Positions 26,287 through 42,977 of a DNA stretch of 64,000 bases are shown one piece after another. The stretch comes from Paramecium tetraurelia. Taxonomy: Eukaryota. Location of the stretch: contig CT868006.1 in the NCBI GenBank assembly GCA_000165425.1, positions 1-64,000 on the forward strand. Direction: 5' to 3'. The notes under the pieces were generated by a model. That model ran no database searches. It was not told where the DNA came from and was given only the letters and a program-made list of their open reading frames with translations. The position numbers and the translations under genes were made by a program. The first letter of the stretch is position 1. Each line of letters begins with the position of its first letter.

Positions 26287-26575
26287 TTATAAATAATGAA
26301 TATTTCAATTGGAAAGCATTTCTGAATCAATAAAAAAAATATTCTATTTAAAATTCTCACTTATATTTCAATTTTTTATTTGAAAAATGAAGAAATATGT
26401 CAAATCTCATGAATAGAAAAGTCAGGTAACAAAATTTTTTTCAATATTCAAAAACATATTTATGATTTAATGCAAAAAAATATTTTAATATTAGCAAGTT
26501 ATCAGAGTTTAACTCTGATTACTTCTGATTATTAAAATTATTTTATAATAGAACAATTATTATTTTAGAGAAAGC

Positions 26576-27565
26576 ATGTTTGTCGAAAGTACAATTCACA
26601 AAGTAGATGCAGAAATGGAAGATTTATCAGTTATAATTAAATAAAAAATTTTAAATGAAATCGAGGAGGCTTCAAAAGTTTATGAAATATCAAAAATTGA
26701 CTCTGATTTAAGAACTACATTGAAGTAATAAGAATACTTATGCAGATTAAGTGAAAACCTAGAAATATCTATGTAATCATTTATTCATAATTTTACTAGA
26801 TTATTCAATTATGATTATCCAAAAAGCAATCCTAAGTATTTTGTTTAGCAAAAATTTGAAAAAACCCCTTCAATTAATGAAGACACTTGGCAGATTAATA
26901 TATAAAATGAAAATACTGTATTGAATACTCTTTATGCAATTATTATTGAATTGTCACAGAACCCACTATGTCCTGACTTATAGATTTAGCAATAAATACA
27001 TGAATCAACTTAAGAATTTCCTACATCTATGGCCTAAATTTTGGATAGTTAGGAAATGAGTATTTTGAATAAAATATCAGATGAACATCATATGTATGGA
27101 AATCCATTATAAAATCTATTTGAAATAATGGAACAAAAGGCAAAGACAAATTTATCCTTATATAGTAATAATTTGATATAAAAAATATCTAGCAAAAGTT
27201 CAATAAATCTAGAGTGAAACTGAGGAACTCAAGAAGGATTTGAATATTATTTATAATAAATTTCAACAAGTCCAATAGGAAGCAAGAATATTAAATGCTT
27301 AATGTAATACTTTTCTGAATGTATATTGAAAACTATTCATTTTTAGAATTTTTCTTAATAAGAATTTAGAAGAATTTTGTCTGATAAATTGAGCAAATTG
27401 GATTTAATCAAGGAATAATTCTAGGAGTTACCAATGAAGGATACATTTGATGAAAAAGAGAAACTTTATAACCAATTTTTAAATAATAGAATAGAATTTC
27501 ATAAATGTAATTCTACGCTAATAATTTTGAAATAAAATATTAATGAATAGTCAAATATAATTTGA
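26576..27565 (+). CDS. Hypothetical protein, 329 aa
   Basis: 990-nt code-6 ORF MFVESTIHKVDAEMEDLS...; no recognised domain. Confidence 0.6.
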
Positions 27566-27663
27566 TTTTCCTTTAAAATAATTCCAATTTATGTTAAATC
27601 TATACATATAAATTAAAAAATGATATAAAATAATGAAAATATATATTAATTTATGTTATACAT

Positions 27664-28730
27664 TCATTATTATATTGATTATTGATTTTTCTCATATCTA
27701 ATTAATACCTTTCCTTCACTCATGTTTTTCTTATAATACTCTAAGCCCTCCTTAAATTCAGAAACATCAACTGTTTTAGCCACAATAGTTTTAAGATTAG
27801 TTTTTAGTAATCCTTTTAATTATTTCAACAATAAGGCCTAACTAATAATGTTTTTTGTTTTTAGATATGATGTTAACCAAAACCCAACTACTTTTTTGTC
27901 TTTGAAAATCAGATCCATAATGGAGACATTTCCAACAGGTTTCAAACTCAATCCTCCATAGACATAACAAGTTGAATGGTTGGGCATTGCTTCAAGAATC
28001 TAACCAGTTAATTCTCCTCCCAAGGCATCAAAGAAGACAGTTGCTCTAATTTCATAATGTAGAATGAATACCTTAAAGTCTAAGTAACATTTTTTAACTT
28101 TTCTATGAAATCAGCATCTGATTAATTTAATATGATATCTGCTCCTTCTTTTTTTAACATGTCTACTTAAGCATCTCTTCTGATGATATTAATAACTCTA
28201 ACACCATTAGCTTGAAAGTGTCTGATCATCATTCTTCCTAATTAAGAAGCAGCTGCTGTGTGAACAACAGCTTGAGTCTTATGTTCTTTTGCTACTTCTA
28301 ACATTGAAATCACAGTCAAAGGATTAACAAATGAGCAACAGGCCTCTTATAATGTGATATCATTATCTAATTCTAAGCAACCCAAAGCATCTGCCACACT
28401 ATATTCACCGTATGTTCCGAATTAAGATTGTGAATAGAAAGCCACTCTTTTTCCTACTAATCTCCATCCCATAATACCTCCACTAAATTATTGCATTCAA
28501 TTATACCCATTAGCAATAACAGTGCCAGAACCTTCGAATCCAGGAACACATGGAAATTATTTACCACTTGAATAAGCCCCATGCAAAAAGGCTATGTCTG
28601 AAGGATTGATTGGAGCAGAGTCTACCTTGATCAAAACTTAGCCTGATTAAGGTGTGGGAATTGGGATTTCCTTGACCACAGCTTCTTAACCTGGGCCTTC
28701 CAAAACAACTGCACGCATCTGAGTTTACAT
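27664..28730 (-). CDS. MDR-family (quinone oxidoreductase / enoyl reductase-like) dehydrogenase
   Basis: MRAVVLEGPG...VLIKVDSAPINPSD...VPGFEGSGTV; VNPLT; VHTAAASQLGRM; FFDALGG; tiny introns. Confidence 0.9.
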
Positions 28731-29028
28731 ATTGATATTAAAATATATATGGATTTTTAAACATAATTATTCCTCTTATATAATTTCTAAAATTCTTATT
28801 TCTGAGAAATATAATTATAATTAATACCCTATTTAGATTGAGATTTCATCATATTATCAATATATATATATAAGAATAAAATAATTTCATACAGGTTTGT
28901 AATGTTTTAATATAGTGTGTATATTGGATTAGTATGTTTTTTGTGTGATTTGGATTATTGTTTTTTGTATAAATATAATATATAATTTATGGAATTATGA
29001 TAAATATTATTTTATTTTTATTTTTTAT

Positions 29029-29178
29029 NNNNNNNNNNNNNNNNNNNNNNNNNNNNNNNNNNNNNNNNNNNNNNNNNNNNNNNNNNNNNNNNNNNNNNNN
29101 NNNNNNNNNNNNNNNNNNNNNNNNNNNNNNNNNNNNNNNNNNNNNNNNNNNNNNNNNNNNNNNNNNNNNNNNNNNNNN
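29029..29178. other. Assembly gap (N run)
   Basis: Run of N. Confidence 1.
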
Positions 29179-29199
29179 TCTTTTAATATGCTCTCTATG

Positions 29200-30796
29200 T
29201 TCCATTACTATCTTTGTTCTCTCATGTCCTTTAATCTTTTTTCTATAAATATAATATAGCATTGATACCATGAGACTCAATATTATTTTATTTTTATTGA
29301 TTCTACTATGTATCCTCTTTTTCCTTTTTAGCTTCTTTTTTCTCTTCAAATTTTTCTAATTTAGGAACTCTCTTTGCTTGATTACCAACTTACACAACCT
29401 CCATTTTGCCAGGATAACGAACTTAGCCTTTATGTTCTTGTAAGTATTATTTGGACAATCTAAATATTGTAGATATAAGATACTTATCTTTATAATTATT
29501 TCTTAATTAGGCATGTATTTCCTTTCTAAACAATTCAAACTATCCAACCTACTCTTCTTTTTTGGTATCTTCCTTTTTTGGTTCTTCTCTTTTAGGCTCT
29601 TATTTAAAGATTTATTGATTTTCATCAAGAATTTTATTATCAATTTCTTGTATTTGAAACTCTTTTTCTCCTTAATCTGTCATCAAAACATCGTATAATA
29701 AAAGTTAACCAGGAAGAAAGGTTTCAAATAACATTTTGTTTTATTTAAGAGAATCTAGAAACTTCTTGCCTTCAATCAAACCTAGTTCATCATTTTTAAT
29801 TTCAATCTGTTTATCCATTTTAATAGTAGCCCATGAAAACTTTCTCATAGCTCTTTTGAAAGCCAATTCATTTTATAATGCTTATGAATCACTAGTTATA
29901 AGAGAAGTTTCCCTTGTAAAATTCTTTTCTATTCTTTTAATCATTTATTGAATATCATCAATAGATAGACATCCATCTTCATCAACATCACTTAAATCAA
30001 ATATCAATTCCAATTTCTTCTCTAATTCCATTCTTGCTAATACTCCAAGAGATAGTACTAAATCTTAGATTTCAATTTTATCATCAAATTCCAATTAAAA
30101 TCCTGAAATAATTATTGATAGTACTTTCAAATAGCTTTTCAAACAATGTTTCGAATTTCTTTCCAACCCAAATTTCAAAATATGTTTTCTCCTACTAAGA
30201 TTTCTCTTATTATGCTTTTTCAAATATTGGTTAAACATTATTTGATCTAAACCATCTTTCAAACAAACTATCCAATGCAGAAATCTTCATCTTTTTTTTA
30301 TCTGAATTATAATTAGTTCCAAACCATTTAAGAAATTATTAATCATAATTCTACTTAAACCAATTTTCAAAGGCTTAATCTGGTGGTTGATGTTTTTCTG
30401 ATTAATTATCTCGTCTCTAAGCAGGTTCTCTAACCAATTGTGTATCTGGATCAAATCTATATGATTCTGCGCATGATCTCTCAACGATGGCTTCAAAATC
30501 ATTCTTCATTTTATTCTAATATCTTGTGAATTCTTCAGGAGCCAAAATCAAAAAGAATTAAGAGGATATATAACTGTATTCTCTACTTTTGACGTGTAAT
30601 TTCAGTTATTTTAACATTTCTTTAGTGAAGTTAGATTTGGTCATTTTACCTTCTGATAAGTTACCTGATTCTCTGAATTCCTAATTTTGTGTATTAATCA
30701 TACCTTCCATATCTTTTTGATGAATACGTCCGATAAGAGTTTTTAAAATACTTCGCAAACTGCTGGATTAAGTGGTTCCTTAACTTATTAATTCAT
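29200..30796 (-). CDS. Hypothetical protein (3' end near or inside the gap)
   Basis: MNQQVKEPLNPAVCEVFQKLLSDVFIKKIWK, intron gtatgattaatacacaaaattag, long coding-like region. Confidence 0.6.
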
Positions 30797-30807
30797 TATT
30801 TATTAAA

Positions 30808-32072
30808 ATGATTGCCAATTAAAGAGCCATTTAAAAAAAGAGAAATATCCATAATATTATTGATAATGATGATGAAATAGGAGAGGTAGCAGAGTGGGCT
30901 GGAGTTTCAGCTGCTTAGGCAAAAGATGATGATGATTTCGATTTTGACAATAAATAAGTCTTCTAATAATCAAACGACCATATCGAATAAGCCAGATAAA
31001 AAATCAATTAGAAATTAAATAAGAAAGGAACTAATGTAAATTAAAGAAATGGACCTTTAGTCAATAATCTCAAAGACAAGGCTAAAAGTTTAGCATTATA
31101 GAATAATCAAAGCAATGAAGCCCCAATTTAACAACAATGTTAGTCTAGTGATGATGAAAATGAGAAACCTAGGGTTGATAAAGGTGAAGAGAGTCCAGAT
31201 AAAAAGGTTTTTAGATTGTCAGAGAGAAGCATTGGCAAAATAGAAGAAGAATTCGAATAAGCCAATAAAGTGAGAATGATGGATTTAGAAAAGAAGAAAA
31301 ATGAAGTGAAACAAATAAGTTTCATTGAGGTTTGGGATTAAATGAAGGGTTCTTAAGATATCCGAGACCAGATTGAATTTATCTAAAAAAAGACATCATT
31401 TTTAGATAAACTATTTGGATGTTTCAGTATCCATTTGAAAAGTAGTAGACTAATTTAAGAAAAAAATCAAGTACTATAATTCTAAACAAGGTTTGCTTAA
31501 TGTCGTAATTGTAATTCGATGATAATAACGAGTCTCATTTTAGAATTCTTTACACAATCTATTGCCAACTCATGACTACTGACTATTGTCTTAGATATGG
31601 TTCTCATTGGGAAATGATTGGATTTTAAGGCACTGATCCAGCCACAGATCTTAGAGGAGCTGGTATCCTTGGATTGCTACAAATACTTGCGTTCATATCA
31701 GAATATAAAATATATTTCAAGTAAACTCTGAAGATCTTTCAAGATATCAACATCCCATTCAGCATTACTCTAATCAACATTACAACCTTTGTATTAGTTA
31801 GTCTCAAAGACAATAAATTAAATTAACTAATAAATTAAGAAGATTCTGTTATCAGTGTTATAAATAAACTCTACTTTGCTGGGTTCCATTTATTAACCAA
31901 AATTCTTAAGAAGTATGTATTATGATATAATTATTAAAGAGAATAAATAACGTTCCATACGATAGGTGTTCATTTGACACATATAAGAAAGTAAATACAT
32001 GAACAACCACAGAAACTGATCAGAGAATTTCATTCAGATATTCAAAGATTTTATAAAATTAATAACGTCTGA
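30808..32072 (+). CDS. ELMO/CED-12 domain protein (ELMOD-like Arf/Arl GAP family)
   Basis: [43 protein letters not shown]. Confidence 0.9.
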
Positions 32073-32130
32073 CTGATTTATCTATAATCATTCATTTTTA
32101 AAACACTATTGTTATATGTTCTATATTTAT

Positions 32131-34236
32131 TCATTTTCTAAAAGCAATACAATAAGCTTTGCTTGCAAGATCATAAAATTTCTAAGCATCTTCATCAATA
32201 GAGATTACTTTAAATCCTATTTGAATCTATAATCCAAATGGATGTTGATCTTGAAGTTTCTTTTTTTTCAAAATAAACTCCAAAATTGCAACCACTTAAT
32301 TATCTTAGATTATTGGACCTGCAAACACAGGTAATATTGAGGATATGTCAATATTCTCATCAAAATTTTAATGTTTTGTAATCGAAGTGAGAATCTAAGG
32401 TCTTTGTGATTTGTACACTTAGTATGCACATCCTGATCTTATATCATAATATTATCCCTTCTTCTTGAATTTATTATTCTCAACATGTATTAAATTAGTT
32501 TAAGCTATTTAGAATATGCTATAAGCAGAGTCTTAGATCCTCATCTCAAAATCATCAAAATTTGTAGACTGACATAACTTGATAAATGAAGAGTAAAATA
32601 GATCTTGATATTTTAATTCCTTATACAATGCATCATAACTAAGTATGCTTGTTATAACTGACTTGCTTAGCATATTTACTAATAATCCATAGTATTAAAT
32701 ATCTATTATCATGTCATCATTAATATTTTAAATCTATGATAAATAACAAATAATTATACTTCTAATAAACCACATGGTTTCTTTGTATTCATCATGATCG
32801 GTAATAACAAAAAATTTTTACCATAGATTTTCGATCCTTCAGTTATGTAGAGAAGCTATTATTCTTTGGAGGGACTCTTTATTCCAAAATTCTCAAAAAC
32901 AATTTTCTAGAATACACCTTCTGTCAACAATGCTACTTATTATTAACCATTGGGATCATGAGTGTAAGCCTTACATGTCATGCCATCTATAATCCATAGA
33001 CGAACAGTTTCGGTTTGAAATATCATTTTGAATCCTTTACTAACGTGTATTTAGAAATCTTTGATATTTCTATAACTTATTAAAGTAATGAATTCATTCA
33101 TAATCTAATTAATCTTTTCACTAAATTCTCTTTAACTTATAAATTAGTCTTTATAAATGAAATAATTACTTGCAATTAAATTGATTAAGTCTTTTCTTTA
33201 TTGCATATTCTCTAATTAAATAACTTAATTTGTGAATACATCAGCTCCATGTTCAATCAAATCTATCAAGAAATCATTTTATTCAGATGTCAATTAGCTT
33301 AATCTGAATTCTAAACTCTAGGGTAGTTAATTTGGATCAAAAACATAATTGTTCACAAAGTTATCCTCGATTACTATATTATCTGATTTAGCTCCTACTC
33401 GTTTAGTTTTTAAATTATCCAACTTTTTGGATAATCTGTTGTTTTGTTAAATCAACTTCTGGTTCAATTCTTTTAATCTCTCAATTTCCTTTTCTCTTTT
33501 AATTACATTACGCTTTAATTGTTCATTATCTTTAACTAATTCAGATAATGTCATTCTCAATTCATCCTGATGGGTAGATAAATTCTTTTCTAAAATCATC
33601 TCTATTCTCTTTTCCAGACTTCGAACCTTTTTATAGTATTCTTCACAAAGTTATTTCTAATAAAGATAATCTCTCTGTAACTTCTATTATTCGATTTAAG
33701 TCAAATGTAATTTCTTAGATTAATCTATATTATCTTATTTAAAATGATTCTAAACCATATGAAATTAATTGTACTTATTGTTCTTTGAGTTATTGAATGA
33801 TTTATTTTTATGAAATGGTTTCAAGAGTACTCTTTATTTAATATACTTATTTTTTTGGTTCAACTCAATTTCATTTTTGGAAGCTTATTGCAATGTTACT
33901 GCCATTTACTATAGACTTTGTAGTATTTTACCAACCTCAAAAGATTGATTAGATTTAAGAGATTCAGCCAATTAATCGATCCAATGCAGTCTTTATTCCA
34001 GAATCTATCTTTACTATGGACATTACCATATTTGTGTCTTAACTAGAGTCTAATCTTCTAGATAGATTGTTTGTGGTTGTTCTTTCATCTGGTTAGGTTT
34101 TGGTGAATTTTTAAACTGAAAAATCACACTACTTTTTTGGTGTACATTAGGGTTGGTTTATTTTGTTTAACTTAATTTTAGGTCCTTTGAATAATTTTAA
34201 CATCTTACTCTCTAGAAAATAGGTATTAGAACTCAT
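32131..34236 (-). CDS. Coiled-coil protein with possible C-terminal GAF-like region
   Basis: Long code-6 ORF with tiny introns; FQTETVRLWIID and NFDENID...LPVFAGPIIQDNQVVAILEF resemble GAF motifs. Confidence 0.6.
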
Positions 34237-34275
34237 TTATTATAATTATATATATATATATTGTTGTTATTATTA

Positions 34276-34563
34276 TCATTCTTCAACGATCTAGTTTTTC
34301 TGTTTTTCCATAGTTTCTAAATATTCTTTTCTTAAGTCGTAAAGCAAAGAGTTTGCTTATTGATAATGTTGAGTCACTTTGTTCTGTTCAATAAGATTTT
34401 ATTATGATTGTCTAATATCTGATTGATTATTACTATTGTTATTTTGCAATTAAACCTTTCTATGATTCCCATCTCTTAATGACATAATTTTAAACTAAGG
34501 AATTAAATTCTCTTCGTCATCCGATTATCTTAATTACAAATTTTGAGTTTCTTCTTCTTCCAT
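34276..34563 (-). CDS. Small hypothetical protein, 95 aa
   Basis: MEEEETQNLQLRQSDDEENLIPSLKLCHQEMGIIERFNC...IVEE*. Confidence 0.55.
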
Positions 34564-34625
34564 GATATTTTAATTTTATAAATAAATTAATCAAGTCGAA
34601 TTTTTGGCAACACACAAATAAAAAT

Positions 34626-36422
34626 ATGTTTTTGTTATTATTAATTGCTCAAATCAAAGCAATAATTCCAACCACATATTAATAAGCTTTAGCAGCTATA
34701 CAAGACGATCCAGATCATTTATCTTTGATGATGTTTATCAAACAAGACTCAGAAGATTCAAACAAAGCCTTGTAGATCTTAGAATAGCATTCCACTACTA
34801 TGTTGGATATATTAAATGTAAATATATCAATTTCAATAGATAAACAGATCTAAGTAATAGATTGTGATCAAATTACTAAAGAAGAATTAAATCACTTACC
34901 TGCTTGTTAATACAAGGAAAGTTTGCCTTTTGCTATGTATTTGATACCACCTGCTAATTCTGATCCAACCAAAGGTCCTATCTAACCGATCTAAAAATTA
35001 ATAACTAATTTCTCATTGTCAGCACTCAAGGAAGGATTCTTAGAAAATAGTCCCTAATTTTGGGAATTGATTAATGATGAACAATAATATGAACAATTCT
35101 TAAGTGATAAGAGATTAAACAAAGTGCTAACTAGAATAGCAACTAAACCTATTTGGTGGTATGGTATTACTTAAAAGTTCAGAGAGAGAATAGATGTAAA
35201 ACAAACCTACTTATTTAGTTTGCTATTGTAAATCCCAGATTGTTGAGTCATGATCTTGTGATTCTGAAATTAATTAATGGTTAGTATGTTGAATAAACTT
35301 ACAATGGTGCTAAATAATACGAAAGTTTAAGAGCGTATTTATCTGTCTTTGCAAGTGTATATTTTATTGGAATATTATAAGTCCTAAAGAATTATTAAGA
35401 GTTTGGATTCATCTAGAAATATTAATTCAACCTCAATAACAAATATCACTTCTGTCTAAAATATCAATTTTGATAATTAATGGGTCTTACTTTCCATCAA
35501 TAATCATTAAAGATTGAATAGTGTTATATAAGATATGAAGGGAATTTTTAGTGTTTACAATCTAATTGATAATTCTAATTCAAAGTAATTGTTAATTTAT
35601 CCTTTTTCATCCAAAAAGAATCCCATGTAGGTAGGTAATTAAAACACATTACAAATATGTGAAGAAATGATTGACTTTTTGAAATACAATGTCAATACTG
35701 ATTCCATACAATTGTTGTCTGATATTAATTCATTACTTACAACAAAACAAATTGTGAATGCTTGGTTTTTTAATAAAAATTATAATAAATGCCATTAATT
35801 ATGGGCATTGACATTTGCTAATAAATAAGAATACAAGAAAATTTTCACATTTCATATCATCTATGATCCAGATGATTAAATTAAAAAATAATTTAATATT
35901 CCTAAAATACCTTTCATAACAAGTTTAGAAATCACTGAGGGCTAGATTGCTTAAATAGATTATACTGAAAGCTTCAATTATTAAAATATTGAAGAATATA
36001 TTGATAAATTATACTAAAGATATTAAGTTAAGAATAAGTAAAGTCAATAATACCCATAAAATAATAAAGAGTTTGAATTTCTTTGTACTCAAGAATCAGT
36101 AAAATGTATCATAACCATAATCGACAGGAATAATCAAGTTGATGAAGATGTCTTTATTAAATCCATGAAGACCATCAATAATAACAAATAAATCTGGATT
36201 ATTCTATATGAAGATTGTCAATAACTGTTCATTTAGAAATATAAATTGTAAGTTCCATCCTTGATTTTATATGATGCCAACAATTATAAATATCAAATAA
36301 TGAAGGAATAATTTAATTTTGTTAATATAGATAAATTCATTAAATCAAAGAAAAGGAATTGGAAAGAGTTGGATTATCAATTTTAAATACAGAAATGTTA
36401 AATTAGAAAAGATGATTTATGA
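34626..36422 (+). CDS. ER-lumenal protein, probably thioredoxin-like folds, C-terminal KDDL
   Basis: Signal MFLLLLIAQIKA; tiny introns; ends ...CQIRKDDL*. Confidence 0.7.
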
Positions 36423-36509
36423 TACAATATTAATATAAATAAATAGTATTTTAATGTATTTAGTCTGATTATATTAACATTATATTAATTTTATTGAAAA
36501 ATAATTTAA

Positions 36510-37337
36510 ATGTTACAAACACTTTCGACTGAGTTAAATAATATGCAGGCCAAAAGTAAATAATAAGTTCAGAGAATAGAGAATTTATATATTGGTTTTT
36601 AAGAAATCTATCAACTATCAAATAATTTGAATAATCCAGGTTTAACTAAGCATGACATGCTAAGTTAGGTAAGACCAGAAGTTTTCAATTAAATATTAAT
36701 ATTTTTAGATATTAAACAAATTTTACAATTTAGATTGGTAAGCAGTAGGGCAAAAGAAACAGTAAAGTTAATTCTTCCAAAATATATAGATACTTTATAA
36801 TCGTTAATAGCTGAATAATAAAATGACATATAAATCAAGTTCTAAAGTATATAACAAGCAGACAACGATCAAAATTAATAATAAGCTATGTAAGCGGCGT
36901 TAGATGGATTAGCAAGAATTAATAAATCTCATATTGTTGAGCTGAAATCCTTTGCCAGACCACATGAATTAGTTGAAAAAGTTATTAATCTAATTTGTTA
37001 GTTACTAGATCCATCATTTAAGGTACAAAAAGATAATTGGAAGGAATGCCAAAAATTCCTTAATCAATCAAATTTTATATCTTAAATTATAAATTTAGAC
37101 ATTAGTATTTTAAGTGATAAGCAGTTATAATAACTCGAATAAGTGAATAGTATTTCAGAATAATAAGCAAGGGCAATATCTATAGTTGCAAATTCTATTC
37201 TTAATTATTTGAAAGCTGTATTAGAAGTAAGATAGACTAAAGTTTACATGACATAAAAAGCGATAAAAGAATTAAACAGCAAAATAAAGAAAGAGCAATA
37301 ATTGGTTGATTAGTTAGAAAAGATCATTAATAAATGA
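36510..37337 (+). CDS. 275-aa F-box-like + dynein stalk microtubule-binding-like protein, copy 3
   Basis: Intronless 828-nt paralog of 13513 and 14978; MLQTLSTELNNMQAKSK...VRPEVFNQILIFLDIKQILQFRLVSSR...HIVELKSFARPHELVEKVINLIC. Confidence 0.8.
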
Positions 37338-38237
37338 GAACCAGAAATTATAAAATAAAAAAAATTATTTTAACTTAGCATTAATTCAAGTCATTCCCAT
37401 CCTCAATTCACTCATTTTTAACAAAATAAATGCTATTATTATTATATTTGAATATTACTTGTAACTCTTTTTAATTTCTGTCGTTCCAATAATAACACTT
37501 CTCAACTTTTTTTTATAAATTGCAAGAGGTGATATTGAATTTCCTTCTCACTTCTTCAAACATGTGTCTTTCTACTTGAGCATCTGATAATTTCAAACTT
37601 TATTTAATTTCTTTTAACTTGATGCATCAGAATAATTTGGATTAAGATACTTATTATTGCTAATTCAGGATTTCAACTAATATATATCAAAGTACTTTCT
37701 CGTTATGTTATTAATTTTCCACAAATTCTCCTATTCTTTGATCTAGTTCAATTCAATTATAAGATTTGTAAAGTATAATTTGCTCAAGAAGGGGAAAATG
37801 TTTCCATATTTAGCACAATAAAATACTTAAGTTGATTTCTTATATCAGTGTATTTCTATATTCAGTATCTATTACCAAATTTTGGCATCTATATAATATT
37901 ATTAGTAGCATTGTTATTAGCAAGAATGCCAACGTTTTGTTAACCTTGATAAGGTTTAAGATATAAAAACACAAAATTTGATCATTTAATTAAATAATTA
38001 AAATGGCTTTAATCTTTATCATGATTTAAGTAGTTCTTTTTATTTATAAGAATTTAATAACTTTCTATCAATCTTAAACCAATATAAAAATTAGTAATAA
38101 TATAATTAAATGGTAGCAAAATTCTCCTATTTTATTATTATAATATGTAGATCGAAAAAATAATGCTATTAATTAAATAAAAGGGAAAGAAGAGCCTCAA
38201 AATGATGGATATTTTGATAATTTTCATGAAATCATAA

Positions 38238-39647
38238 TCAATAATCAAATGATTTAATTTGATCAACAATCACTTTTAGAGCCTTTGTTTAAGTTTCTGC
38301 AACTTCTTCTCTAATTTCTAAATATCCTGCTATTTCATCTATTAGCCCATTAAATTGTTTTTTGGTTATCAATCCTTAAATGTATTTTTGTAAAACTGGA
38401 ATCTCAATCAATAATTGCTTAGATAAATAATCCAACTTTATGGTTGAATAACACTTCACATATCTCAAAATCTTGACCTCAACAATAATCTATTACATAT
38501 AAGGTTTCAATAGTGCCAAAAAGGAATCCTTTTAGAATTACTAAGAAATAGAGAGTATTTTACTTCAGAGTTAATAATGCTGCTGAAAATCTGAACATTC
38601 TATTATTCATAAGATATTCTGAGGTCCTAGAATACTCTAACATTTAGATCTTAGTCATAGACTTTGCTCTTCATATCATCAAACAAGTTCATCTTAAAGT
38701 TTTCAAGAATGCTAACAACAGATGCATAAATAAGGGCCTATTTAGCTTCTGGTGAACTAGAATCTAAGAAATTATAGAAAGCTTCCATGAGTTTCTTTCT
38801 ACTCTACTCATATTGTCTTTCTAGAGCCTTTTATTAACCGATAGTAAGATTGATAACTCCAGATATCTTGAATATAGATGATTGATACATATGATTCAAG
38901 CAAATCTAAATTGCATTTTAATAATTATCGATAAAGTGGTTTAATTTGGTTTTGACGATTTGTGCTTTTGTACAATAGAACTCTGTAGGCCAATAATTCA
39001 GCCAGAAAAGCTTTTTTTCTATCTTCATCCTGTATTTGGCTATTTTCCAATACAGATTGTATGTTCTTGAGTATAAAATAGATGTAGTACTTAAATTATT
39101 TCTTCCAATTTATTAAAGCTCCCTTTTTGGTAATAATCTTTGCATAATTTCATACTAGCTCCACAATATATTCCTATTTGGTTCATAGATTTTAACTTTT
39201 CTAGTAGGTTTGGTAGAACTGTAGATATAAGATGAGAATTATTGGAATTCATCAATGAATCTACTACAATTTTTAGTGCTTTGTCTCCTTCAGTCTTGTA
39301 TTATTTGTCCAATAATTCTAGAAATCCTTGGATGTACTAGCACATTAGGTTATCATCAAATTTAGGTTTTTAAATTAATATCTAGATCAAATACTATGAA
39401 ATATGTTGAAATTTGATACCTGATAACTCTTGAAGCTTCGTTATCTGGAATTAATATCTTTGGACTTTTCTTTTTCGATTATTTCATTAAAAAGCTGGTA
39501 TGCTAAATCAGGATTAGTTTTCCATTCATCTTCTGCTGTATTATAATTATTCTCCAATTCTATTTCCTCCTAGTTGTCTTCTTAATCAATTTAGCCATCA
39601 TCAAATCCAGGCTCGTAATTATAATCATCATATTCTTAATCAGACAT
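38238..39647 (-). CDS. CSN2: COP9 signalosome subunit 2-like PCI-domain protein
   Basis: Acidic N-terminus then IELENNYNTAEDE; LMEAFYNFLDSSSPEAKQALIYASV; C-terminal PCI YVKCYSTIKLDYLSKQL...FNGLIDEIAGYLEI. Confidence 0.7.
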
Positions 39648-39667
39648 TATATTGAGGAATTTTATTA

Positions 39668-40831
<1,164 letters not shown>

Positions 40832-40877
40832 ATTAATCAATGCATAATAATTAATTATATTATGAATTATTAAATTG

Positions 40878-42888
<2,011 letters not shown>

Positions 42889-42977
42889 ATATATATACTT
42901 GGGTATCCACTCTAATGACACTTCTATATTAGATTATGTATAAATCATTATTATTTAATAAAATAAAAGTAATAATA

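Noticed and set aside
37420..37990. Minus-strand coding-like stretch
   Set aside because: TGA stops interrupted the frames I tried and there was no recognisable domain, so I could not build a supportable model.
36510..39647. F-box-like copy 3 lying next to the CSN2-like gene as a functional cluster
   Set aside because: Ciliate genes are not operonic and the other two copies lack such a neighbour, so the adjacency is probably coincidental.
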